Assembly (NCBI GenBank): GCA_030141605.1
Contig: JAQGDQ010000360.1
Coordinates: 124,001-188,000, forward strand
Source of the DNA: Tubiluchus corallicola
Taxonomy: Eukaryota; Animalia; Priapulida
Direction: 5' to 3'
Length of the DNA stretch: 64,000 bases
Position 1 is the first letter of the stretch; every line of letters begins with the position of its first letter. Below the pieces are notes generated by a model that worked only from the letters and a program-made list of their open reading frames with translations, was not told where the DNA came from and made no database searches. Of this stretch, positions 36,201-47,124 are shown in pieces. The translations under genes and the position numbers were made by a program.

Positions 36201-36293
36201 AACACTATTCAGAAAGACTTGCTCCAGGAGAACATCGAGTGGGAGTATAATCCGCCCCGAGCAAGATTGTCAAGAAGCATTTGCTTTCGGTGA
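30207..36293 (+). CDS. BEL/Pao Gag-Pol polyprotein: SAP - glycogenin (GT8) - Gag core (DUF1759-like) - Cys/His knuckles - aspartic protease - RT - RNase H - integrase (truncated)
   Basis: SAP LKNTTRDQLREMLRAKQLSVSGSKEELIHRL; glycogenin at aa ~190-440; Gag core LETFDGD..FWSF..F; knuckles CFLC..H..C and CFNC..H..C; protease ALLDPGS; RT RIVFDA, ADIREMF, FYVDD; RNase H FCDAS, IPRLEL, WTDS; integrase HETNGH..CRQC, VDCFGP, SDCGTNF. Confidence 0.95.
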   Translation: MMSDQTTREKLKNTTRDQLREMLRAKQLSVSGSKEELIHRLLASQQKPDHSYNVTSCEASGTSSYADAATATAQHQVGERSPSKASSGASYSKSTRRSKKSARELKLHEIKIQEQGLKLKAMKLKQLRLESEVTSHSSATSQKSRTTITSPEIKDETLARKPMSTKDKVTDWLQGVRDVTKAQSSDTKPAVLTMATNDSYAKGALVLAHSLRRTGTIRHLAILVTHTVSSRVMAELSIVFDYVQMIDLLKSSDFDNLHLLGRPELNVTFSKLHCWAMTQFTKCVYLDADTLVLENIDELFNYNELAAAPDVGWPDCFNSGMFVFQPSLETYSRLLSLSQTEACSFDGGDQGLLNLTFPNWSLQFDKRLPFVYNAAVQGRYGYLPAMKQFSSKIKVAHFLGRKKPWDYNEYENGEISVNFSDDYEAGFLRRWWDIYLSDVQPFFENFPSEGLEPSVKQTTPFFHAPQVEQTLNISARDFVPGNTQLPLPATSPQASYGNGIQNNSRNFSGRASQNDMNVFMDLMLEGQRQHLNMYNAMQLPHVQLETFDGDVMKFWSFIKRFEASVENYTQDDAARYTRLAQLCIGKAKRVVDSCNYMDPRFAYGHAKQLLTERFGSPCVVTQAWLSRIAEFEPRKTNEPGKLQEFSDLIVACVETLKIMNNVCEISTQCSLLQIIKKLPFKFQDRWKDVEARLLKYELRNPTIFDVVEFIKDAADKMNHPVFGDINVSLPTRSPKGKRDTKARNFASSAQETASITKCNSERQPGNTTGSGSKMASQRLKMPCFLCDSTEHRSLKLCNKFKSMNDTDRLKIARREGLCFNCLIKGKHRASRCFKAGCDVEGCSHKHSNLLHAALEKMSPSKNNDGSKEKKAPTHCKPEASSSCASIKEGGKAALPVVSVLVEVDGKMPVRTLALLDPGSTNTFCTKALFDKLGATGQERTLSLTTIEEKYSKINTLITKMSVTGVNTGNKIALPHVFVRPALLLEKDCLAFSKDVEQWPHLQGLPLSFTDTEDLTELGLLIGQDVPDALIPLEVRTGPRLTPYAVKTKLGWTLNGPIGGGVPNLGRICSNLTQANALSYGETNSLQQQIEQFWKIETSESDRHFSRDDMRALDIWEASITKTHGHYQLDTPFKSENDVLPYTLQMASSRLESLRKRLQRNPELHNRYTTAINDLFKKGYAEEVDEDDDPTSRKWFLPHFPVFNANKPEKTRIVFDAAAETSEISLNKLALQGPDLTNTCIGVLLRFRENPIAVMADIREMFHQVIVSPKHRNMSRFLWWKDGKLNSQPCTFRMCVHLFGGVWSPSVASFALQRTAKDNADLFPANVVATILRNFYVDDLLKSLNTVNEAIQLVSQLTAVLSLGGFHITKWMSNRREVLASVPAEELGSEVKNLDLAQSPLPTDRVLGVKWLVEEDCLGILVSLKDKPSTKRGMLSCISSVYDPLGMICPFVLQAKKLFQDECRIQKKDWDDALERDTEAKWAKWKGDCFALENFKLERCMKPRDFGLIFHLQLHHFCDASSYAYGTVSYVRMKSAQGEIHTAFLMAKSRLAPLKGLTIPRLELCAAVLASKVDQMLREELSFCVGTDQSVFWTDSQIVIHYIRNTAKRFHTFVQNRVNSILQVSSPTQWRFVSSTDNCADDASRGMSAEELLLSNRWKFGPSFLRKDEASWPQTTLDSDDVLANDKEVKRSATVNVVECKATSNNVIDQLLQYYSSFYRLKRGLAWLFRAKTILHRKASGGSDMDCSTNLTLTELTEAQNELIRHTQKQSFNKEYKTMCSRTKSTCRERSVTKSSCLYKLDPFIDKEGYLRVGSRLQDALVDHEARHPIILPKNHRLSWLVIQHFHETNGHTGREHVMASVRRAFWIIGMRVMVRKVIHECRQCRLRYSQPLQQKMANLPPERVQQGSFSAVGVDCFGPILVKRGRIEVKRYRALFTCLATRSIHLEVLFSMSTDSFIKALHRFCSRRGKPNRIRSDCGTNFIGANKELSKAMKEWNHNTIQKDLLQENIEWEYNPPRARLSRSICFR
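30774..31530 (+). other. glycogenin catalytic domain (glycosyltransferase family 8) within the retrotransposon ORF
   Basis: AVLTMATNDSYAKGALVL...RPEL.VTFSKLHCW..TQF.KCVYLDADTLVLENIDELF...AAPDVGWPDCFNSG.FVFQPS...SFDGGDQGLLN...LPFVYN...YGYLPA...HFLGRKKPW...FLRRWWDIY, colinear with animal glycogenin-1. Confidence 0.95.
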
Positions 36294-36769
36294 CAAATGA
36301 ACAAGCTCTTGATGATGAAGCTCTATACACACTATTCTGCATTGTTGAAAACGTTGTCAATAGTAGGCCTTTAATGGCAACCTTGGACGACCCAAAAGAC
36401 TGTAGTCCTCTGACGCCCAATCACCTGCTGTTGGCGAAGTGTAACTTAACAAACCTGCCTTCTGGAAAGTTTACATCAGCAGACATCTATCGCCGCAAAT
36501 GGCGCCAGATCCAATACCTAGCTGATGTCTTTTGGCGACGTTGGCAGACGGAGTACTTGCCGCTTCTCCAGATCCGCTCAAAATGGAATCGTCAGAAGAA
36601 GGATTTCGAAATAGGCGACGTTGTACTGATAATGGATGAAACCCCCAGAAGTTGTTGGCTTCTTGCTCGAATAACGGAAAAACATGTTGGAAGAGACGGC
36701 CTAGTGAGAAGCGTAACACTAAAAACAAAGGATGGGCAGCTGCAGCGCCCATTCACAGATTATGCTTGA
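36281..36769 (+). pseudogene. frameshifted C-terminal part of the BEL integrase (DUF5641-like region)
   Basis: VENVVNSRPL, LTPNHLL, FWRRWQTEYL, GDVVLI, GRDGLVRSV; out of frame with the main ORF after PPRA. Confidence 0.88.
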
Positions 36770-36899
36770 TTGAAAGCGCACTTGATGAGTTTAAAGGAGA
36801 AGCACTGTAAAAATTAGATTGCACAGTTCATAAAGATTTTTGCTCAGTTAAACTCTTTGTAGTAAATAGTAAATGTCTAACATACATTTAAGGAGGCGG

Positions 36900-37304
36900 T
36901 GTCAAGGATTTTGTTTGTCAAATTTAGTATAGCTATAAGTTACAAGTGGCGACACCTGGCCTCAATAGTCGCTTCCTACAGAATTTCCGGTCATTTAGGT
37001 TTCAAGGTGTACATGTGGTGACGTGTCTGTGTGAGCTCATGATTTGATGCCAACGATGTACGTAAATTTTATTTAGTTATTTATTCTATTTACTGTAAGC
37101 TTCTCATTAATTTAATCATATTCGATGTTTTGGTAGAAATGAATCAGTTTATTCAAGAAATTTATATCTTATTTCAGATAAAATGTAATATTTTGGGATG
37201 AAGCAAATGATTACGGGGCATGTGCCATGAAAATGGTACAAACAATAAACAGTTATACTGAGCAAATGATGACTTTGTTTGTTTGTCTCCGTAAAGCCCA
37301 AACA
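36900..37304 (+). repeat. BEL 3' LTR (405 bp)
   Basis: Follows the polypurine tract; TGTCAAGG...CCCAAACA|CGCCC. Confidence 0.92.
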
Positions 37305-37815
37305 CGCCCCCCCCCTGAACACATTTTTCAAAATTAAAAACTTTTGGAGGCCAATATTGTAAGAAGCGCAAAATTTTGCTGGACTGCTGCGTTAATCATG
37401 CACTAATTATGTATTTACAAAACCCAAATAGGTAATAATTAAGCAGACCAGTAGAAGAGAAATTGTTATAGTATCAAATAGCTAAGTGTTTGAGAATAAA
37501 GTTAAAGGAATTGAACTGCTTTGTACATTAAGAGAAGGCTTATTAGGGCACATAAATAAACTTTCTTTTATTAATAAATTCCAGTTATTTGTAGCTCTGG
37601 TCACAATGCTGAAATTATGAACATCATTGTTTATTTTCTACTGGTCTGCTTATTCATTAAATAATTGATACAGCAAATTGGTTGTATGTTGGTAACTTTA
37701 CAACTGATGATGACAGCAGTAATCTGTCGAAACGTTTGGCATGACTTAACTATGTAAAATAGAAGTTTTAATAAAATTGTGATGGTTTAACTATAAGTGC
37801 CTGTAATAATTTTAC

Positions 37816-40284
37816 TTTTTAACGGCAAATCTGGGTCCTCCTGCGAGAGGGTTTGTGTATATTCTCAATGGCTCAAGAGACGCAACGTAAGCATATATTC
37901 TTAGGTGAAACTTGTAACCATTGATGAGATACGGGTTGGGCACGTACCTGAAACATTTTAATTAAGCACATAGAATCACATTACACTAATCTTCTTACTA
38001 TGGAGTGTCGTTTGTACTTTACTATAATTTCACTTAAAGGAATATCCGCTGATATAACAAAACAGTGAACTTCGTGTTAATAATTAATAAATCTAATCAA
38101 ATCTGTAGCAGACTCAGCTATTTTTTGTTAATCCTCTTTCAAGTTCGTGTACGAGGCGTCACCTGTGGCGGTAATATAAATCTTTTAGTTTTGGCCAGCT
38201 TTCAGTTGTTACCTGCTAGTCACCTGTCTGTTTACTCACCTGTGCTCTGAACAGTCGGGTTAAACCACTTTATGGGACATTTGGAACATTTACTTGCTGA
38301 TTTTGTTACAATAAAGCATTCAGTGGTATTAACCTCTGTCAAAATGTTTCTGTCATTTTACAAAATCAATTTAATTCACCTCAGGAATAGTTATAAAAAA
38401 GAAATTCAGGGAACTACGCATAAATAGTCGTTAGTTACAATGTATTTTATTTTTAACACAAATCTTATCTTAAGAAATCTTATCTAATCTTGTTAATGTA
38501 AATATATATATATACAATTGGAATGGAATTAAATATATACACATTCCATATATTATTTTGAATACATAATTTAAAACACACACTGTGGTCGTTTCATTTC
38601 CTCCCTTCTTCCCAACTCTAGTGTTGCTTTTTTGAGCCTACCTATTCACTAACCACAACCATTCTTTATTCACTTATTCATGACTCTTTAACAAGTGATG
38701 CAGCAATAATTTTATTTGGTTTCTTAAATGATTTTTTTCTTACACCGTTTAGTATGTATATATATATATATATATATGTTTGTATGTATTTATGTATGTA
38801 TACTGATGTCATGTGATTAAAAACATAAAGAATAGCGTACAACTGCCATTTAAAGCAAATTACAGATCTGGTAAATCGACATACAAGAAGAAAAATGCAA
38901 AAACACAAGACATGCAAATCAAGAATGTCCACCCAATTATGTAAAAATGTAGAAGTTGAATAACATATTACTAAAATAGAGAAATGTTTTCACCCCGTGA
39001 AATCCGCTTGGTGCATAAGTATAACAAAAAATGAATAATTTTAAGATAACCAAATCGTATAATAGTAATGAAAAGAAACAGAAATAAGAGCAATATTTGT
39101 TCTTATTTTATTTCTGGCAAACCTTTGTATGACAAGTTGACTATTTGGCAGCCTATTTAAGCTGTTGATGACTTTGACTCCCTTCCCCCTGCTACAAGCA
39201 ACCTAGAAAGGAATAGAAATGACAACAGAAAGGGATCTTATGCTGAAAAACAATCCAAATTTGTATTTACACAGATGCACAAATTTGAATCGGCAAAACA
39301 CTAGTTTGGTATCAAAATTTTGTACCATTATTAATAATAATATTGACATTAAGATTATTAAAATTAATTATCACCAGCAGAATTTCAGGTTCAAAACTAG
39401 GGAAAATATAATTATTCTAATTAGTTAGGATTGTCTCTAGTGTGAACAGTATAACATCGGAAACGCTCTAATTTGGCTAGCTATACAAGGGGTAAACTTT
39501 GGACTGCTTTGAGCAGTATGGAATATGATTGCCTGGTTTCCAAGGCGTCTGCTCTGTAAGTAGATACCACTGGTTCAAATCTAGGCTGTATTCCAACCTT
39601 TTCACATTTCCTGCATTTCATGCTTGATATCAAAATTAAATTCATTGCGGGTTTTGTACCATCATTAAAAATCATTTTGACATTAAGATTACGATTAAAT
39701 TAAATAGATTACGTAGTAAAGCAACAAGCAGTTGTCAAGTTTCTGTCGGTTCCAAACTGGATCTAGAATTTATTTAATTTATTTTAATTCTATTTATTGA
39801 TACTCAATTTTTAAAATTTATGGACAAATAAATATCCATCCACATAACCGAAGAACATATTATATAGCAACACCATACGAATATTTAATCAAAAAAAAAT
39901 ATATATAAATTAATATAAATAAAAGTTTGTGACAAAATGAGGCAGCGACTATGACTAATTAACTAATAATAACTTTACCAGCTATTAGATTTTAGTGTCA
40001 ATTTTAACTTTTATATTGCATTTTTATGTGCAGAAATAAGCTTTTAATAAATAAATAAACAATAAATAAAATTATAATAATCTTACCGGTTTGTAAATCC
40101 ATAAGTTGTCAGGTGAACTGTCATTCCAGGTTTTATAAAGCACCAACAACTCGTGAGGAAGGAGAAACGTTTGTGGTACGAAGTCGAATGAGTCTTTTCC
40201 ATGTTTTAGCATCATGTTTTTCATGATTTTCCAGAAACTGTCTTTGTGCATGGCTTCTTGATGAGATCCGGGAAGCTGATTAAA
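37816..40284 (-). pseudogene. partial TTLL4-like copy 3 (exons 5-7 only)
   Basis: Exons 40087-40284, 39123-39202 and 37816-37947 with intact splice sites and homologous introns. Homology breaks at ~40299 (Gypsy junction) and ~37793. Confidence 0.85.
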
Positions 40285-40460
40285 CTAAAATGAAAAAGAT
40301 TATAGACCTCTTCCCGAAGCCACGCGTGCACACCAGAGCAAAAAAGCACCTGCGAACTTTCGCGAAATGACCCTGATGTTTCCACATCTAGGTTCAATTC
40401 TCACTTGTCCAGTGGCACAGCAATGGAACAAACTAATTCGTTTTTACCTTTGCAAGCAGT

Positions 40461-42293
40461 GCCGGAGTTCACACCGATCCGGCTAAGACGGAAGCCGTTG
40501 CAAAGTGGCCACAGCCCACTAACATTTCCGAGCTTCGCAGTTTTTTAGGTCTTTGTACTTATTACCGACGCTTTATTCAAAATTTTGCTAATGTTGCTAG
40601 TCCTCTTTATCAACTTACTCGGAAAAATCAATCTTTTGTTTGGCAAACTAGCCAGCAACGTTCATTTGAGCGTTTAAAAAACTTGTTGACAAGCGCACCA
40701 ATTCTAGCATACCCCCAGTTTGATAAACAATTCATTCTGGACACTGACGCCAGCAGTGTCGCTGTCGGAGCTGTCTTGTCACAATTACAAGGAGAGGAGG
40801 AGCATGTAATTGCGTACTATATCCAGGTTCTTTCGCCAGCAGAGCAAAATTACTGTGCTACGCGGCGCGAGCTATTAGCAGTAATAAAGGCAGTGAATCA
40901 CTTCCATCACTACCTGTACGAGCGCCAGTTTTTAATACGGACTGTTCATGCTGCCTTGCGCTGGCTTCGATCTTTGAAGAAGCCAGAAGGTCAGCTTGCC
41001 CGCTGGTTGGGAAAGCTGGACCAGTATGATTATTCCATAGAGCACAGGTCTGGCAAAAACCACAACAATGCATATGCTCTCTCTCGCAGGCCTTGTGAGG
41101 CTGAATGTAAATTTTGTTCAAGTAAATGTACAGAATCCTCAAAAGAGCTACACGAGCATTGTTTAGCAAGCGCGGAAACTTCCGTGGATCCTAAACATGC
41201 GAAAATCGCGAGGGCAGGAACTACGCTTCGCGATATAAACTTAGATTTTGCTCACGAACAAGCTGAAGATAGGGACATAGCCCCTATTCTTGGCTTTTTG
41301 CAAACTACTGAGCAAAAGCCACCTTGGGAACAAATTTCTGCACTGAGTCCAGAAACCAAGGCGCTCTGGCAACAATGGGGAGCCAACGCCAAAAATGGCA
41401 TTGTTCAGCGCCGCTGGGAGTCTCCTCAGGGAAACATTGTACGTTATCAGTGGATTGTTCCCCGCAATTTTCGGGAAAGCCTACTAACTGGTTTTCACAG
41501 TGACGCATCTGCTGGTCATTTTGGCCAAAATAAGACCTTCGCAAAACTTCGTGAACGTTATTTTTGGCCAGGAATGCGAAAAGATGTTAAGTTGTGGATC
41601 CGTTCTTGCCATGAATGTTGTGGTAAAAAAGGACCACAAAGGAAGCCAAGAGCACCTCTGCAAATGTATCGCGTGGGCGCTCCAATGGAGCGAATTGCAA
41701 TTGACATTGCAGGTCCTTTTGTACGTTCAGACTTAGGCAACAAGTACATTCTAATTGTAATTGATTACTTCACAAAGTGGCCTGAGGTTTTTGCTATACC
41801 GAACCAAGAGGCCGAAACTGTTGCCTCAGTTCTAGTGAACGAGTTTTTCTGTAGGTTTGGTCTTCCAGGGGAGATACATAGTGATCAAGGTCGCAATTTT
41901 GAGTCGCGTATTTTCCAGCAATGCTGTGAGTTACTGGACATAGTGAAAACACGAACTACCCCTTTAAATCCAAAAAGTGATGGTCTCGCAGAACGGTATG
42001 TACGCGTCATTTCTCGGCAATTAGCGCAGTTTTGCAGCACCCATCAGCGTGACTGGGACGTTAAATTACCTCTGTTTGTTTTTGCGTACAGGTCCGCAGA
42101 GCATGAGTCGACAGGTTTCACTCCTGCAAAAGCAATGCTAGGTGGTGAGCTTCGTCTTCCTTTGGACTTGCTTACAGGTCGTCCTCCCCCGGACACCCCT
42201 TCTTGCAACACAGTAGAACATGTCAAACAACTTGAAAACAACTTGTATGATGTTCATCATTCCATCCTTAACAACTTAACGATTTTCTGGTGA
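40461..42293 (+). pseudogene. Gypsy pol fragment (RT tail - RNase H - integrase)
   Basis: ILDTDAS, H..GHFG..C..C, IDIAGP, SDQG, GLAER. The RNase H motifs TDH and NADALSR read TVH and NAYALSR; a frameshift occurs at ~42285. Confidence 0.88.
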
Positions 42294-42297
42294 AACA

Positions 42298-43503
42298 ATG
42301 CACAGACGTTATGACGTCAAAGCCAAGACCCCACGTTTTAAACCTGGTGACTTAGTGTGGTTTTTCAATCCACAGCGCAAAGTTGGACGGTCGCCAAAGT
42401 TGCAATTAGATTGGCAAGGACCATACGAAATCGTTAAGCAATTGTCAGAGGTAGTTTTTCGCATACGCCTTCCAGAAGCAAAACGCTGCAAAGTCGTTCA
42501 CGCAGACAGATTATGGCGGTATACACCTGCGCAAGGTTTTTCTTGGGGTACTCCAGAAGTTCAGAGTACTTGCACGCAAGTAGATAGCCAAGCAACTATT
42601 AATTACGAGTTTTCCGGGGACAGCAATGAGACTTCTTTAGTTGAAGCTCCAGTTTCTTTCGGATTACCACCACCCCCATACTCTCCGCATAGAAGCAGCA
42701 TCTCAGAATCGGAAGTAGAAACTGCATCGAGTTCACCTGCCTTTGTGCCTGGTAGTGACAGCATTTCTGCGCCTGCCCTGTCGCCCCAGCAAAGCCCTAC
42801 TAGTGATTATTTCCCCAGCGACCGCATGGAAGCTCCGTCTCCACCTCCTTTATCACCCGTTCACCCAAGAACTTCTACTCCTAGAAAGCCAGCTTCGCCT
42901 GGTCCATTAAGTCTGTTGTCGAGTAATGACACAGGGACTGAAGTCTCAGAAAGTGAGACTAGCTCTGCGTTGAAGTCTTCTCAGAGAAGCCATAAAAATA
43001 CACAGAGCGGAGTAGATAGTGGAGAAACCACTATTCTTTACGAACTTATGGAATTCGATACGCAAAGTGAAGACGAAAATGACCCCTCATTAGCCCACGT
43101 TACATCCTCTCCCCCTCTTATCGCGGACCAGGGCGATTCTATTCGTACCCCACCTTGCCTCACTCCCACTACCTTTTACGGAGCGGCAGCAACTGCTGAT
43201 GACCCAGAGCCTTCTTCTAACGTTAGATCCTACCCTCGTAGAAATCGCCTCCCTCCCACCAATCTAGGAAACTACATCTTTTATGATCCAACAGCTATTG
43301 GGACACGGACTCGAGATGCTCGATTTGCTCGTCTACTCCGTGAAACTGATGTACCACTAGAACCATGTATTTTGACAAACTGCCCCTGTCAGAAATTGTT
43401 TTCTGGTTCACCAAGCAATGACGTAAGCGATGCTGCAAGCACTTTGTTGGAACGAGCACCACCTCCACGCAGCTTGTTTTACCTAAAAACTTACAACGAT
43501 TAA
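42298..43503 (+). pseudogene. Gypsy integrase C-terminus (GPY/F module) plus a long Ser/Pro-rich tail
   Basis: FKPGDLVW..KLQ..WQGPYEIV..VVHADRL continues pol in the +1 frame; the tail contains RSYPRRNRLPP. Confidence 0.75.
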
Positions 43504-44941
43504 AGTTTGGTACGCAACAAAATGCTTACACTCTATGCTAATTATTCTTACGTCTTTACTTCACAGGTATTTGGGAATTGCCAACAAACTACTATTCAGC
43601 TGGAAAAGATGATGCCGAAGTTACTAGTTGCTAAAATTGACAAGAATGGAAGTGTCTAGTAAGCTACATGACTGTAAACTGTCTTATTTGTGTTTTATGA
43701 CACTGGAAAATACAATGGTGTTAATGTACTTAGTTTGATTATCTTTGAAACTTGAATCGCATTCGCTAATTTTAGCTTCCCCGGAGCACCTAGCCCATCG
43801 TACCCTCGGTGGACGTGACAGACAGGGTAAAGTATTCGTTGATTAAAGGTAAAGTCAAATCTCACTCTTGACGACATTCAGTAGTTGATCGTGAGACTGG
43901 GCTGTTATTCGTTTTTTTTGTAGTTGTTAATTTTATGCTATTTTGTTCCCTAGTGAATTGTTCTATTGACATTTAACAAGAAATTTGTATGAGAGAAATT
44001 ACTGTTATTCTAATGGTTGGTTAAAAAAGGAAAAGAAATCCTGTTTATGTTGAGAAGAGTGCGCTTGCTTTTAAAACGTAATCTCGGCAATTGATGTTTC
44101 TCAAACATTCTTGTTTCAGTGCTGAATACAGCGCAAATCTGACTGCATTGAGTGAAATCGTCATTTCTGTAGAATCGACGTTCTTAAGTACATGTTCTCA
44201 TGGAGAAACTTTATACATTTTTTTAGCGTTGTGTTTAACGTTTATTCGTTTAATTTTGCTTCTGCAAGAGTTTAACTGCAGTTTGTTTCAGGATCTTGAC
44301 CTTGAAGCAGTGCAGTGGAAACATTGAGTAATACCTCGTTTTAATTTGCCCGTTGTTGATTTCTTGTAGCCATAGCCGTACCTACTTTGCACTGTTGCTG
44401 TCGTTATTGGGTATCTTAGCCAGATTGGTCTGCTTTCGTCTGATTACTAGATTGTTAGAAGGACCAATGGATAATTTCATTTATTCATTTTTTTGTATAA
44501 TTTGTTAGTTTTTGTTTGACTTAGTGCAAACTCATTTGCGTCTATTTAACTTTCTATTTGCTACATTAAAGGAGAAGTAAACGTTAGTTGGTAATCTTTT
44601 TTTCTCACACTTGTAACAGCTATTAATTCGGTTGTTATCTGATTTACGAACAAATGTGACTTATTCTTATGTACGTTATGATTTATAAACGAATTGTAAT
44701 TATCAGTTGGGTTGTATCTAACATTTCAGATGACTTGTGTAATGAAGATTACTTTGAACATTCAGAATTTTTGTAACGTACGTGATTAGGTGTGAAATAA
44801 AGAAATGCCTGTACCAATTTTTGTACTTCCTTAGGTAATGAAAGGAGCTAGATGCACGGTGGACTAATTCGTCATTCTGCTAGCCCCTTTGAGCGAGAGG
44901 ATAGTCCATTTGAGGACAAATGGAGGCTAAGAAGGGGGTAG

Positions 44942-45246
44942 TGTTGTCGACACGCTTAATCAAGGTCGACTTTGCGCATGCGCAAAGTCACTTGCTATAA
45001 AAGCGGTGAGCGTCGTGCTCTCTGTCGTGCTCTCACGTCCACCATGCGTGCTGCTCTTTTCAGTGCTTAACCGGATTGTCGTTTTGGGAAGGTACGGCGT
45101 AGTTTGAACCTGATTATTTATCTTTTGTCTTTCTTATTCTGCACTCCCTCCTAGTAGAATGCAAAGCGCGCCAACGAAAGCTGACTGCTCAGCCGTCTTC
45201 GCGTCCCTCGACCCCCTGGCAGCCCCCAGGGGAGGGCTCCGCAACA
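44942..45246 (+). repeat. Gypsy 3' LTR (~305 bp)
   Basis: TGTTG...CAACA immediately after the polypurine tract; internal TATAAAA. Confidence 0.75.
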
Positions 45247-45263
45247 ATATCATAATTTATAGC

Positions 45264-45363
45264 NNNNNNNNNNNNNNNNNNNNNNNNNNNNNNNNNNNNN
45301 NNNNNNNNNNNNNNNNNNNNNNNNNNNNNNNNNNNNNNNNNNNNNNNNNNNNNNNNNNNNNNN
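45264..45363. other. assembly gap (100 N)
   Basis: Run of N. Confidence 1.
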
Positions 45364-45536
45364 CGTGATTTTTTAACCACACATGTATTACTGTACAAGT
45401 GATATTATAAGTATAAAAAGGTGATAATGATAATCATAGTAGAAACAGTAATAGTATAGTAATACCAGTAGAAATAATAATAATAATAATAACAGCAGCA
45501 ACAACAACAACAACAATAAACAACAACAACAACAAC

Positions 45537-45651
<115 letters not shown>

Positions 45652-47008
45652 GTAATAATAATAGTAATAATAATAATAATAATAATTACGCAGTATTTAC
45701 ATGTTTGACTGGTATTTACGTGTTTGTACGTCAAAACAGTGAGGAGACTTACACCAAATGTATATGGCGTCTATTCGATAAAAGAAAGATTTGATTAGCT
45801 GGTTTAAAAAAACGTTACTGCGAATCAAACACTGCATAATTAATAACAATCTCGTGAATAAAGATGACAAATAAATTATTTCAAAGTCACCTAATTACAA
45901 AAAAAAACAGAGCGATCAATTGACTTAAACAAGAGGAAACATTAATCTAGGATATTGCAAGGTCATTTTCTTATTAAATGTCCGTCATTAAAGTGTAAGA
46001 AGCACTCCTCATTAACAATTTAAAAAATTCGTCTTTTCAAACTTGCTTACAAAATAAATGAAATTACAGTAAATTGTTTTGAACAACACTAATCACAACA
46101 CTTTGAATATTACGAAAGTTGATGTAAAGTCAAATTTTATTTTCAAATTTTACAAGTTAATTTAATTTTGTTTTATTATTTACTTCAGCTCGTAGATGCT
46201 ACATGTTTTAAGCCATAGAAATACAGTCATTTACGAAGACAAACCATTTACGAAGATTAGAAAAAGAAACTGAGTACAAATATTTACCTGACTTGACACA
46301 AAATCAAGAGAACTCCGATGGACAAAGATTCTAGAGCATACAAAAACATCAGTGTGGTAGATTAAATATTTTGAAAAACCATTACCAGTATTTAAAACAT
46401 GGCAACTAAGAACATATGTACATTTACCCAAAATGGCTTTCGAAAGGCTAATATCATTTTCTACGCAGATTGCAGAACATCGCGTACCATATCTATAGTT
46501 GAAGAATTTTACCATAGCTCTGTAGTGCCCAGATTTCAGATTATTAAAGATATACAAGTTACATTTGACAGAAAAAAACGTAATGCCCATTATAGCCCCA
46601 AACATTTACAATATTTATTCAGTAGCTTTCACCTTAGCAGACCTCATCAGCCGAATGTAGTAGATAAATAACAGTATGTACCAAAGTTAGAACATCAAAG
46701 AAACAAAATTGTAGCTAAACATCACCGGTTTGAAATACAATAAGTTAAAGAAAGAGTATAAATGACTGCAGAAGTAGTTACCTGCACATGCTATTCAGGT
46801 ACGTCAATTTTTCTTTTTTCTTTCTTTAATTAATTTTAGTCAATTTCGTTAAAATAAAAACAGAATGTTTTTATAATGCTATTATTGCTATGCTGTATTT
46901 GTTTGTAAATGCAATTTTTGTTTACAAAGTTCTTCCAGCACAAGCCAGCCTAAAAAAAGAAAAATTAAAAGATGCCATAATAATAATAACGATAGTGATA
47001 ATAATAAC

Positions 47009-47084
<76 letters not shown>

Positions 47085-47093
47085 TTAATAATA

Positions 47094-47124
<31 letters not shown>

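Larger units (their letters stand above)
29736..37304 (+). mobile_element. full-length BEL/Pao LTR retrotransposon carrying a glycogenin domain
   Basis: TG...CA LTRs at 29736-30058 and 36900-37304; 5-bp TSD CGCCC (29731-29735 and 37305-37309); polypurine tract AAGGAGGCGG just before the 3' LTR; single Gag-PR-RT-RH-IN ORF. Confidence 0.95.
40300..45246 (+). mobile_element. 5'-truncated Ty3/Gypsy LTR retrotransposon
   Basis: RT tail AGVHTDPAK..W..P....ELRSFLGLC.YYRRFI from ~40461, then RNase H, integrase, polypurine tract GAAGGGGGTAG and a 3' LTR. No gag, RT core or 5' LTR. Confidence 0.88.

Noticed and set aside
31156-36752. Antisense and alternate-frame ORFs within the BEL element (likewise within Gypsy and HHAT)
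   Set aside because: Shadow ORFs of real coding sequence with no recognisable motifs.
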